A stretch of DNA of 64,000 nucleotides from a virus: IMG/VR virus record IMGVR_UViG_3300037117_000143, positions 4,447 to 68,446 of that record, one strand, 5' to 3'. The notes below the pieces were generated by a model. The model was given only the letters and a program-made list of their open reading frames with translations, was not told the origin of the DNA and ran no database searches. Below, one piece after another: positions 40,941 to 49,168 of this stretch. Position numbers and translations under genes: made by a program. Numbering within the stretch: position 1 is the first letter of the stretch; every line of letters starts with the position of its first letter.

Positions 40941-41389
40941 TATCTAGCCCCCGGTGGCGGCTTGATTTTGTATTTGTTCTCAAGGAACATCTGCAGATCG
41001 GCCATGGCGCGCCATGCTGTCTGGGCCATGTGCTCCTCGTCATCGTTGCACAGCATGTGGCGGGCTAGGCAGTCACCGTGGTCAGCCGATTTGCCGCGCG
41101 CCCAGTGTGTCGGCGTGCCGGGGTTATGCTGCTCGTTGCCCACATAGGAGACGTTCGCCACGCGGAAGATGGCGTCGCGGAAATAGTCCATGAACCCAGT
41201 CTTCACCGGATAGCGCTTGCGTTCGTTCGATCCCATGCCATGCAGAAGATCATGCGCGAACTCACGGGTGGTAGCTGGGTCCGGACTTTGCGGTAATTTA
41301 CCGTGCGGTAATTTACCGCTTGCGGGATAATCGGGGTCGGGCATGGAGCGTACTCTCAATTGTGGTTTACCAAAACCGTTCAAACACAT
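40940..41389 (-). CDS. dATP/dGTP diphosphohydrolase (DUF5664-like)
   Basis: ERK..P...G..DYF.DA...VA.VS..GNEQHNPG...HW.RGKS.DH.DC..RH...H.A..AWRA. Confidence 0.8.
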   Translation of the reverse strand: MCLNGFGKPQLRVRSMPDPDYPASGKLPHGKLPQSPDPATTREFAHDLLHGMGSNERKRYPVKTGFMDYFRDAIFRVANVSYVGNEQHNPGTPTHWARGKSADHGDCLARHMLCNDDEEHMAQTAWRAMADLQMFLENKYKIKPPPGAR

Positions 41390-41742
41390 CAGTCCAACCT
41401 GATGATCTTTAAACCAAGCGCTTCAGCTGTTGCCTTCTCAGCGCAAGCGCCCTTGCTGTTCTCGAAACCCGGCAGTAGGGCAACGCCCTCGGCGTGAAGG
41501 CAAATATATTCCAGGTCTTCAGCAAGGGCAACGCGAAGGCTGAACCCGTATGCATACCGGGCTATCTCTTCGCTTCCCGTCGCATTGCCTTTTGAGATAT
41601 CCGTACCGTGGCGCTCCATGTCCTTTTCGGCCGGACTGAAAACAGTATGCCCCTCGGCACGCAGCTTCTTCGCTGCAGCATGAAACGCCGGGAAATTGAA
41701 CTCGGGGATGCCCCGCATTGGTCCTGCCAAGTATAATCTCAT
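41389..41742 (-). CDS. DUF4406 / nucleoside 2-deoxyribosyltransferase-like protein
   Basis: YLAGPMRGIPEFNFPAF, SPAE, LLPGFENSKGA.AE...A..LG. Confidence 0.88.
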   Translation of the reverse strand: MRLYLAGPMRGIPEFNFPAFHAAAKKLRAEGHTVFSPAEKDMERHGTDISKGNATGSEEIARYAYGFSLRVALAEDLEYICLHAEGVALLPGFENSKGACAEKATAEALGLKIIRLD

Positions 41743-41957
41743 TTTGCATTCCTCTTCGGGCCGGGGCGGCCCAGCTTCTCTTCCAGCGCGTTTCTGATAT
41801 CCGCTGCTAAACAGGGCATACTACTATCCTCAAGAGCGACGTAGGCTCTATAGAGCAGCTTCTCCAGACGGCGCGTTCGCCGGCGCCACTTATCGGTGGC
41901 GTTAGCCGCTCGTTGTTTCACACCCTCTTCGAACAGCTGGCCGGCGAACGGGATCAT
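41739..41957 (-). CDS. Hypothetical protein
   Basis: ATGA-coupled on both sides. Confidence 0.6.
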   Translation of the reverse strand: MIPFAGQLFEEGVKQRAANATDKWRRRTRRLEKLLYRAYVALEDSSMPCLAADIRNALEEKLGRPGPKRNAK

Positions 41958-42223
41958 TGTGCTGCTCTCAGTTTCTCTATGACCTGATTTACGTTTTCCT
42001 GCACGATGATGGTGCCGCCGCCTACGCTAACTATTGTGCCGTTTGGATAACCTAACTGTCCCGCGCCTTGCACCGTGTTCAGGTTCGCTGGATTGATATA
42101 CACCAGATGCCCATCGAGCCGCTTCAGCGAGACGAGTTTTATTGATCCCGCGAGGACGATCGTCGTCATGCACAAACTTATTGCGCAAACTATCCCAACG
42201 TGAACCAGTTTTGATTTCAGCAT
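41954..42223 (-). CDS. FlbD-like small beta protein, possibly with a signal peptide
   Basis: LVSLKRLDG..VYINP......TIV..GG..IIVQE.V.QV..KL. Confidence 0.55.
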   Translation of the reverse strand: MLKSKLVHVGIVCAISLCMTTIVLAGSIKLVSLKRLDGHLVYINPANLNTVQGAGQLGYPNGTIVSVGGGTIIVQENVNQVIEKLRAAQ

Positions 42224-42521
42224 TCGTAGCCTTCTTATCCAATAACTTACCAATTCGATTGGTCGCTTTCGCTCTCGTCTCGGTCTGTCGCGTATCCGTC
42301 AGCTCCGCGATCACTTCCAGGTCCCGCGGCGTAAGCGGATACAGCTTGCGCGTGAGCGGCTCGTGCGCGTTCAGCGAGGACAAGGCGGAGCTTGGTCTCG
42401 ATAAGACGCTCGCGGGCATAGCGCGCACGATCGAAGGGGATAGGGACGTTAAAGCCGACGAAGGACATGGTGACCAGTTCTTTCTCAGGAGGAAGTCTGG
42501 GATTGTCTCGGACTCTTCCAT
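42027..42521 (-). CDS. Hypothetical protein with N-terminal IPDFL motif
   Basis: ORF in operon orientation; 3' end overlaps the FlbD-like gene. Confidence 0.5.
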   Translation of the reverse strand: MEESETIPDFLLRKNWSPCPSSALTSLSPSIVRAMPASVLSRPSSALSSLNAHEPLTRKLYPLTPRDLEVIAELTDTRQTETRAKATNRIGKLLDKKATNAEIKTGSRWDSLRNKFVHDDDRPRGINKTRLAEAARWASGVYQSSEPEHGARRGTVRLSKRHNS

Positions 42522-42617
42522 TTCTTGTTCTTTCGATGTGCTCGTTTCAATAGCCAGCCGGCACCCGTTACTCGAACGACGTAGATGTAGTCCTCGTCAA
42601 ACCAGGACATCCAATAT

Positions 42618-42764
42618 TCAGGGACGAGCATTGACGTGCGACTCCGACGGAGACATCGGGAAATGCTTAGGCGAGCACGCTGCCACAAAGAAAGCGCACG
42701 CGGCTATGACGCAGAACGCTGTGGACATGATCGCAAGCCCGGCTCTCCATCGTTCTTCGTTCAT
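42618..42764 (-). CDS. 48-aa lipoprotein (not in ORF track)
   Basis: MNEERWRAGLAIMSTAFCVIAACAFFVAA-C lipobox; SD GGAGA; starts right after the PolA stop. Confidence 0.5.
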   Translation of the reverse strand: MNEERWRAGLAIMSTAFCVIAACAFFVAACSPKHFPMSPSESHVNARP

Positions 42765-43700
42765 TTAGCAATCTCCATAGCTTTGTCCTGAGGATACATC
42801 AGCTTTCAACGGAAGGTCCGGTGCCCAGGAAGGTCGCATGACCATCTGGGAATGTATAATCACTTTCGCGTGATCTACATATTTGTCGGGGACGACCATC
42901 AAGAGTTCATCATGGATTTGATGCGCCATGCGCAGAAACGGAATCTTGGTTGCCTGCAGGCGCAACGCCGTGTTCATTAAGACAATGCGTGACAGAAACT
43001 GGGATACGTTTTCCAAGCATGCAGCACCATATATCTTTCGCGGCCGGCCGCCGTAATCGTACCATAACTCGCCATCTTCGGTTTGCCGTGGGTCGCCGTA
43101 CAACATACGCAAACTGCCGGGCCCTTCAATGCACCCGCGGCTAATCGTGATGGGGCCAATTGTCGCAGGGGGGGCTAATCCAAGCCACTCGCGCTTCAGG
43201 TGCTTGTCAAGCAGGTACCAGAATTGCACCGTGGCGGCGTTAAACTTGCGGTAAATCTTAACGGTCTTTTGGGCCAGCTCAGGCGTCCACATTTCGCCAA
43301 GGGCAAGCCCCTGCGTGCGTGCGGCCATACCCGCCTTAATGTAGAAATTATCGGGGCCAAGGCCGTATTGGAGGCCAAGGACTGCCGTCTTACCCACCCA
43401 CCGTTCCAACGTGTTCGCTTTCGTTACCGGAAATCCGAAGATTTCGCTGGCCATGACACAATACGGGTCGCCATTGTCGACGAAGACCTGCAGGAGGGCG
43501 CTCTGAGACAGCCAGGCGACCATCCTGGCCTCTATTTGCGCTAGATCGCAGGATACCACCTTATGGCCCGGAGGCGCTTCTAAGGCCCCTCTGAGCTCGC
43601 CGCCACGGGGTAAGTTCTGGAAGTTGCATTTCCATTCACCTGATAACCTATGAGTGTGTGCACCGGCATAGCGCAGGGCGATCGGCATTAGGTTGGCCAT
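42765..43700 (-). CDS. polA: DNA polymerase family A, polymerase domain (C-terminal part)
   Basis: THRLSG, NFQNLP, motif A DLAQIEAR, motif B R..GK...LGLQYG, motif C QIHDEL. Confidence 0.92.
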   Translation of the reverse strand: MANLMPIALRYAGAHTHRLSGEWKCNFQNLPRGGELRGALEAPPGHKVVSCDLAQIEARMVAWLSQSALLQVFVDNGDPYCVMASEIFGFPVTKANTLERWVGKTAVLGLQYGLGPDNFYIKAGMAARTQGLALGEMWTPELAQKTVKIYRKFNAATVQFWYLLDKHLKREWLGLAPPATIGPITISRGCIEGPGSLRMLYGDPRQTEDGELWYDYGGRPRKIYGAACLENVSQFLSRIVLMNTALRLQATKIPFLRMAHQIHDELLMVVPDKYVDHAKVIIHSQMVMRPSWAPDLPLKADVSSGQSYGDC

Positions 43701-44596
43701 GATAGCCCCGCAATCGCTAAAAGGCGCTCCGTTCGGCTCTCTTCCAGCGTAGACTTCAATCCAATTCTTGCGGCCGCCAGGCTTTGCACGCGAGGGTTTT
43801 CATGCTCTAGCAAATCAACCATGAATTGATCTGATTTTGCCAGGGCTGGAATGGTATTGCCCGTGTTCGATACCTTTGTCTCGATTTCCACGCCTTCGGC
43901 CACGAGCAGGGCGGCAAATTGAGTAGCGGACATTAGCTGGGGCTTCTCAACGCTAGCCCCCCGCAGCAACGCTTCTTTGGCGGCGCACACGTTCTCTAGG
44001 TGCGCCGTGAGCTTGGGAATGTTCATGGTGAGCCTTGGTTCCACTGCACATCTAAGCACCAAGTCCATTACCCGATACTCGGCTTTCGGGAACGATGGCG
44101 CTAGCTTATTGAAAACGCCCTTGAGCAGGCGCACATCTTGTGCGGCATATTCACAAAAGGACGGAAACAGGCCAGCAGCGATTATGTCGGCGCGCCGCAT
44201 GCCAATGACGCTGCGGATCGTGTCGCCTTTGTCGCCGAGCTCCAGATGCTTTGCAACGCTTTCAAGGCTCAATCGTCTGAGTTTGTGGCCCAATAGAGCG
44301 CGAGCCATACCAAGCCCGTCGACCATACGACTCGGCACCCAACCAAAACGCCAAGCCAGAATGCAATTGTCGAATAGGGCGTTGAAAGTAAGGCTGATGC
44401 AATCAGCAGGGTCGTGCTGACTAAGCCAATCACGAAATTTAGGCCCATCAACGTTTTGAACGGGGCCAGCGTCAATTTGGGTCGCGCAGCAAATTGTTTC
44501 ATAGCGTTCATCCAGTATGTATTGCGCCGGCGTCATTTTGCGCAGGCTGTATTCCTTGTCGTAGTACGTTTCGAAGTCGAGTGTGATCAGCTTCAT
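43688..44596 (-). CDS. polA: DNA polymerase family A, 3'-5' exonuclease and thumb (N-terminal part)
   Basis: ExoI LDFETYY, ExoII FNALFD, ExoIII YAAQDV, ARIGLKSTLEESR. Confidence 0.88.
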   Translation of the reverse strand: MKLITLDFETYYDKEYSLRKMTPAQYILDERYETICCATQIDAGPVQNVDGPKFRDWLSQHDPADCISLTFNALFDNCILAWRFGWVPSRMVDGLGMARALLGHKLRRLSLESVAKHLELGDKGDTIRSVIGMRRADIIAAGLFPSFCEYAAQDVRLLKGVFNKLAPSFPKAEYRVMDLVLRCAVEPRLTMNIPKLTAHLENVCAAKEALLRGASVEKPQLMSATQFAALLVAEGVEIETKVSNTGNTIPALAKSDQFMVDLLEHENPRVQSLAAARIGLKSTLEESRTERLLAIAGLSWPT

Positions 44597-45099
44597 AGGA
44601 AGAAAACCGCCACGTCCCGCCAGGGTGCATCAATTTCAATGTTGTAATTTGGGTAGCCCACGTTGTGGTTGTAGGGTGGCTTGATCATTGAATAGCGCTT
44701 AACTTCACAGCCGTACAGCCATCCGCGGAAGTAGACTGCACGCTCGGGCACATTAAACCACGCATGCACATAGATATGATCAAGGCCCTCAATTAGATGC
44801 GGCACTTTTATCAGCATAGGCCACACGCCATTGGGTCGCGTCTTCACATCTATAGTAGAGCCATCATAGCGGAAGTCGATCCCCATATCACCCTTGCGAC
44901 GTAAGGTGCGGTCCATCAACCAGCCGGTTGGCTTCTCAAACGCTCGCTCACCTATGGCACCAAGCACGTGCTCACTGTTTAAGTTAGCCTGCGTTCGCGC
45001 CGAGTCGCGGTCAGTCACAGGATGCCCCGTCTGCCGCGCCACGCCAATGATCGTAGCCTCTTCATATTCTTCCTTTGCGAGGGGCACAATCCGCATCAT
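44593..45099 (-). CDS. PD-(D/E)XK nuclease-like protein
   Basis: GAIGE.AF, GD.GIDF, TIDVKTR, RGWL. Confidence 0.65.
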   Translation of the reverse strand: MMRIVPLAKEEYEEATIIGVARQTGHPVTDRDSARTQANLNSEHVLGAIGERAFEKPTGWLMDRTLRRKGDMGIDFRYDGSTIDVKTRPNGVWPMLIKVPHLIEGLDHIYVHAWFNVPERAVYFRGWLYGCEVKRYSMIKPPYNHNVGYPNYNIEIDAPWRDVAVFFL

Positions 45100-45695
45100 A
45101 ACGAGTATCTACCTCCTATAAGCGCCACCACCTCCTTAACAGATAAATCCAGCCCTTTGCAAAATAATTTCTTTGGTGGCTTGTTAATCCGCGTGTAACC
45201 CAGCGCTTGAAGCTTTTCACGACTCTTTGTCTTATGCCGGCGGTACATGACAGGCGACGAATAGCGCACGCCCTCACGTTCCCAATAGTCTGTAATGCGG
45301 CTTTCACCTAGATATTTGAAGCGTGCCGCTTGGTAGACAGCACCGTGATTTGGTTTGCCGTTGTAGATGTTCGATGGGTCAGTATAGCTAAACACGCACG
45401 GGCAATTCGGATCATTCTCGCGTAGCCACTGCAGCGAAGCCTTCAAGAAAACACTCAGCGGGCCGTCCGCCTGCCGACGGGCACGGCGCGCATCCGATTG
45501 CCATAACCTAATTAATTCGAGGCAGCCGGGTAACTTAACCTTAAAATGCTGCGGTATAGGCGGCGAGTATACGGCAAGCGCGTCGAGCTGTTCCGTAGTT
45601 AAACAAAACTTTGGATGGTAGCCGATGCGACCTAAATAATGCTCGTGCTCAAGGAGCTTGTCAGCTTCCCCCTTTTTGATGGTGATTATTTTCAT
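45096..45695 (-). CDS. Mom-family (GNAT-fold) DNA modification protein
   Basis: HYLG, LELIRLW, S.FL..SL.WL, VFSYTDP, HGAVYQAA.F.YLG, KKLF. Confidence 0.75.
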   Translation of the reverse strand: MKIITIKKGEADKLLEHEHYLGRIGYHPKFCLTTEQLDALAVYSPPIPQHFKVKLPGCLELIRLWQSDARRARRQADGPLSVFLKASLQWLRENDPNCPCVFSYTDPSNIYNGKPNHGAVYQAARFKYLGESRITDYWEREGVRYSSPVMYRRHKTKSREKLQALGYTRINKPPKKLFCKGLDLSVKEVVALIGGRYSL

Positions 45696-45958
45696 GCGCC
45701 GGCTTTCAACTTATACCGTGCCAACGCCTGCAGGGCGACCTGATCGCCGTTCGCCTGCAACGACCGCTTTCGACGCGGGTGGTCGACCTGCTCCTTGATG
45801 CGTGCGCTGTACCGCGCTATGTGTCGCTGTATGCGACGCACGTGCGATTTCTCATGGCGCGCCTCACGCTTATAGGCGATATTGGCGCCGCTCTTCGTAT
45901 TGCGGCCGTGCTTTCGCCCCTTCTTGGTCTTCTTAGCTTTTTGCTGTGCTTCTGCCAT
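45692..45958 (-). CDS. Basic hypothetical protein
   Basis: K/R-rich; coupled to the mom-like gene. Confidence 0.6.
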   Translation of the reverse strand: MAEAQQKAKKTKKGRKHGRNTKSGANIAYKREARHEKSHVRRIQRHIARYSARIKEQVDHPRRKRSLQANGDQVALQALARYKLKAGA

Positions 45959-45959
45959 A

Positions 45960-46235
45960 TCACACCCTACTCACTGAACCCCAAGCCTCCAACGATATGC
46001 GGCGTGCGTCATAATGACCGACGCTTCCGATCTCAGAGCCAAGCTTGACGCGAGTATTCTTTCCGCGTGCGCTGTCCTTCCAGCTCCAATCCATATCTGC
46101 TTGCGTGCATGCGCCGCACAAGCCTTGCCGTATGTGCGCTAGGCCGCGGGCGTACGCATGCGGATCACTGCGATCGAACTCGGCATAGCGCTGCAGCCCG
46201 GCCAGCATGTACGGCTCAATCTGTTCAAGCTTCAT
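45960..46235 (-). CDS. Hypothetical protein
   Basis: ATGA-coupled ORF. Confidence 0.5.
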   Translation of the reverse strand: MKLEQIEPYMLAGLQRYAEFDRSDPHAYARGLAHIRQGLCGACTQADMDWSWKDSARGKNTRVKLGSEIGSVGHYDARRISLEAWGSVSRV

Positions 46236-46611
46236 CGCTTAGCCTTTCCGCGAGCATGTACGAAATTGAAATCGCGGCTGTGCAGACCGCATTCCCGGGT
46301 AAGATAACGGCGCCTTGAAGCAGAAACTTTGTCTTTGTTGCTGAAAGTTGAAGTAGCCTTTTCGCGCTCCCTGATGGTTTGGACCTGTGCTTCCAACCTA
46401 TCTTTGTTGGCTTCAAAGAAGCGCAAAGCGCGCTTAGCTATTTCTAGCGCGTGTTCCCGCGAATCGCTTTCAAAGCAAAAATACGGAGCAACCCCCGTAG
46501 CGGCAAGCCACCGGCCGGGGCTGACTTCCTTATTATAGATAAACACGTCTTTCATCGCGGCCTCCCCCTCGATTTCCGATAAGCGGCGTGCATCATAATG
46601 ACCGACGCTTC
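45993..46611. repeat. 35-bp direct repeat (45993-46027 and 46577-46611)
   Basis: CGATA[TA]GCGGCGTGC[GA]TCATAATGACCGACGCTTC, 2 mismatches. Confidence 0.85.
46232..46555 (-). CDS. HicB-like fold protein (putative)
   Basis: SD GGGGAGG; GRWLAAT..AP.FCFESDSREHALEIAKRAL. Confidence 0.5.
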   Translation of the reverse strand: MKDVFIYNKEVSPGRWLAATGVAPYFCFESDSREHALEIAKRALRFFEANKDRLEAQVQTIREREKATSTFSNKDKVSASRRRYLTRECGLHSRDFNFVHARGKAKR

Positions 46612-46754
46612 GCGTAGTCAACCAGCGCACGGTACACTGCCGGCTCAAGGTATATGCGTTGATTGTTGCTGTCGCCCGTACGCAGGCATAGCTGGTAGCC
46701 ATCGTGCGACACGTACACGGCATCGCCGAGGTATGTTTCGTTTTCAGCCTTCAT
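46593..46754 (-). CDS. Small conserved phage protein
   Basis: SD AGGAGG; YLGDAVYV..DGYQL.LRT....IYLEP.V. Confidence 0.7.
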   Translation of the reverse strand: MKAENETYLGDAVYVSHDGYQLCLRTGDSNNQRIYLEPAVYRALVDYAKRRSL

Positions 46755-46916
46755 CGCTTTCGCCTCCTGTAGCGCCTCTGAACCACACTGGTCTACGCGT
46801 CGCGCTTCCGCGCCGAATTCGAGGATGCCGCCGGCTATGGCTGGAATGTTTCGCATTCGACATGAGGATTAGCACGTTCGCGAAAATAAGTGCAACAAGA
46901 ATAATCACCCCGGTGA

Positions 46917-47447
46917 TCATATGTCCTCTCCGTCTATCGTGCGCGCATCTTCGCGTGTCTTGTCCCGAATGAGCTCTTCGCGGCTATAAGGTTCCGCGCT
47001 TTCGTCGTGCGTACGCTTGCCAAACGTTCGCGGCGCCGCAGGAAATATATCCACATTCTCCTGCTGGTATAGTTCGTGCTCTGGCACGCCGTCTGTGAGC
47101 CAATCAAGGCTTGGGCCGTTGTCGCGCTTGCCCGGCTTCACCCGCTGGCGTGTGCCGTGCGCCTTGCGACTGGGGAAGTGCGCGTCACTATGGCATTGTC
47201 GGCAACGTAGCTCACATTTCTTTAGCTCTTTAATCAGGCGAGCTTTGCTGTGCGTCAAACGGCTTTGCACACAAAATTCTCTCACTGTGCCCGGCTTATG
47301 GTGGAACTCCAAACGTTTCCGCGTTGTGCCACACCCAACACATGCGCCACCAAGTAGGGCGATAGCCCACGCACGCCGTTGCTTACGATAGGCGCGTTGA
47401 TACAACCTATTTTGCAATGGCGTGCGCGCCATGGTTCTAGTGCGCAT
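46917..47447 (-). CDS. HNH endonuclease
   Basis: LGGACVGCG, LEFHH, ELKKCELRCRQCH. Confidence 0.8.
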   Translation of the reverse strand: MRTRTMARTPLQNRLYQRAYRKQRRAWAIALLGGACVGCGTTRKRLEFHHKPGTVREFCVQSRLTHSKARLIKELKKCELRCRQCHSDAHFPSRKAHGTRQRVKPGKRDNGPSLDWLTDGVPEHELYQQENVDIFPAAPRTFGKRTHDESAEPYSREELIRDKTREDARTIDGEDI

Positions 47448-48072
47448 GATAGGCGACCTGTTTCACGTCCCGGTTCCAGCATGCGCGGCAATCTTTGCAT
47501 TCGTTGTCTTGTTGCTGCGCCGGGCATGCATGCGCGCTCTTATCCGGCTTTGTATGCTTCCAGACAACGCTTGTCAGTGGCCACGCTTTCGTTGCAGGTC
47601 CGTCAATCATGGTGCCGCTAACCCGTATCGCAAGGTTATCAGGAACAATACCGCCGGTTTTGACGTAGGCTTGCACAAAACCGAGCTCTTTCGTCGGTAG
47701 CCAATGGCGCACGCGAGGCGTCAACTTGCACACTGCGACAATCTTCGCTAGATGCCATGCGCCTTGCAAATCGCCCGAATCGAACCACCTGAAAACGTTT
47801 TGACCCCCGCGCAAAATAAGAACGGCCATTGCGCTAGGCCATTGCGGCGCTTCTAGCGCGGCCATATGATTGGCGTGCGATTTCTTTACGCTTGGATATT
47901 GATAGTTTCCGCGATCAAGGGCATAGCATACGCTGCACACACTACCTTTTATTTTGGCTAACTTTCCGCCCGTGATGCAATCGCTAGCAGATATAGAATA
48001 CGATTGGCCCGGCATTTTGCTCACCTGGCCTAATCCGCCGCCTGTTAGCTTCTTGGCCTCACCGATATTCAT
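47437..48072 (-). CDS. Gp88-like (radical-SAM-related) phage protein
   Basis: SKMPG, C..G..L....GSVC..CYA, FRWFDSGD, HWLPTKE, NL.IRVS, CPA.....C..CRACW. Confidence 0.8.
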   Translation of the reverse strand: MNIGEAKKLTGGGLGQVSKMPGQSYSISASDCITGGKLAKIKGSVCSVCYALDRGNYQYPSVKKSHANHMAALEAPQWPSAMAVLILRGGQNVFRWFDSGDLQGAWHLAKIVAVCKLTPRVRHWLPTKELGFVQAYVKTGGIVPDNLAIRVSGTMIDGPATKAWPLTSVVWKHTKPDKSAHACPAQQQDNECKDCRACWNRDVKQVAYHAH

Positions 48073-48185
48073 GTGCTCTCGCTTTCGTTGTTTGAAAAAA
48101 GACTAGGCGCATTCGCGGCAAAACGCAATCCGTTGCCATACCACTTAGGACCATTGCCCGTTTGCACTTCCGGTTTCCAAGACAT
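48069..48185 (-). CDS. 38-aa early protein (not in ORF track)
   Basis: SD AAGGAAG; MSWKPEVQTGNGPKWYGNGLRFA...; ATGA overlap with the gp88-like gene. Confidence 0.55.
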   Translation of the reverse strand: MSWKPEVQTGNGPKWYGNGLRFAANAPSLFSNNESEST

Positions 48186-48205
48186 AGCTTCACTTCCTTG
48201 TTTGC

Positions 48206-48254
48206 GGCGTGATTGCCGAACCTGCGCCCGTTAAGGCGCAAGCGCTGCGATCAA
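48206..48254 (-). ncRNA. Early-operon structured RNA motif, copy 1
   Basis: UUGAUCGC-AGC-GCUUGCGCCU(UAAC)GGGCGCAGGU-UCG-GCAAUCA-CGCC. Confidence 0.7.
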
Positions 48255-48273
48255 AGCGACAATTCCATAAACA

Positions 48274-48483
48274 TCATGATAACCCCCGACATTGGCGCAG
48301 CACGCTCTCACACTCTTGGAGCAGATCGGCGGACACTTGCCCTAGGGCGCGTTCCGCCAAGAGCTCTTGTTCTAGCGCGGCAACGTAGGCGATGCTAGGA
48401 AGCTCTCTGATAACATGCCGCATCTTGTGCGCTGTTGCGCGTGCGCGTTCTTGTCGTTTCGTTTGCAGGTCAATTATAGTCAT
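48274..48483 (-). CDS. Hypothetical early protein
   Basis: SD AAGGA. Confidence 0.6.
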   Translation of the reverse strand: MTIIDLQTKRQERARATAHKMRHVIRELPSIAYVAALEQELLAERALGQVSADLLQECESVLRQCRGLS

Positions 48484-48495
48484 GGCGTGTTTTCC

Positions 48496-48729
48496 TTATG
48501 CTTTCGTTGCACAGTTTATTCCGCTTTTGTCACCGCTGGCAAGTTTCTTCGTGCGCGCGCGTTCACAAAAATAGCCTGCCATCCATGAGGCAAGCAATTC
48601 ACTTTCGCCCCAGCCGCACGAGCGCGCAACTTGTTCAACGTTGGCACGATCGGCCGGGCGATTATTGCGCCAATAGGCGATGCCGGCTTGGTGTGCCGCG
48701 ATCATGTTTGTTTCTTGTTCGTTCGTCAT
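48496..48729 (-). CDS. Hypothetical early protein
   Basis: SD GAGGAGCAAAT after motif copy 2. Confidence 0.7.
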   Translation of the reverse strand: MTNEQETNMIAAHQAGIAYWRNNRPADRANVEQVARSCGWGESELLASWMAGYFCERARTKKLASGDKSGINCATKA

Positions 48730-48751
48730 AGCGTTATTTGCTCCTCAGTCT

Positions 48752-48805
48752 GGCATGATTGCCGACAATGGCGCGAATCGCACGCACGCCATTAGCTGCA
48801 ATCAA
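48752..48805 (-). ncRNA. Early-operon structured RNA motif, copy 2
   Basis: UUGAUUGC-AGC-UAAUGGCGUG(loop)CGCGCCAUUG-UCG-GCAAUCA-UGCC. Confidence 0.7.
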
Positions 48806-49095
48806 ATCGGGGCTACAATCAATCTACGGTCAATCATGTCGCGGCCGCATTGGATGGCGCTTTTCCAATAGATAGCCCAATGCAGGGCTAGCGCGTGCGC
48901 TGTAGCGCCTTCTATTGTCTCGTGCTTGGTATTGTCCATGCCCCCGTCATGCCTCCAAGCGACCACCCTGCATTCAGCCGGCCGCTTAGTCGGCAGGGGC
49001 GCCGCAGGCGGTTCAATGGGCGGAATAGTGTCCGCCAATATCGGTGCGAACGGAATTTCATCCCACGCGATTTTAGCACGCGTTTTTGTAGGCAT
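48802..49095 (-). CDS. Hypothetical early protein
   Basis: ATG at 49095 after AGGAGCAAATAAG. Confidence 0.65.
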   Translation of the reverse strand: MPTKTRAKIAWDEIPFAPILADTIPPIEPPAAPLPTKRPAECRVVAWRHDGGMDNTKHETIEGATAHALALHWAIYWKSAIQCGRDMIDRRLIVAPI

Positions 49096-49111
49096 CTTAT
49101 TTGCTCCTAGC

Positions 49112-49168
49112 GGCAGGATTGCCGACAATGCCCCGTGGCAACGTGCTACGGGGCATCAGCTGCAATTA
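49112..49168 (-). ncRNA. Early-operon structured RNA motif, copy 3
   Basis: UAAUUGC-AGC-UGAUGCCCCGU...ACGGGGCAUUG-UCG-GCAAUC-CUGCC. Confidence 0.7.

Noticed and set aside
40940-41389. Z-genome (2-aminoadenine) system
   Set aside because: No purZ or HD-domain dATPase was recognised in the window.
43680-43710. Intron or intein in polA
   Set aside because: The two halves overlap directly with no inserted sequence.
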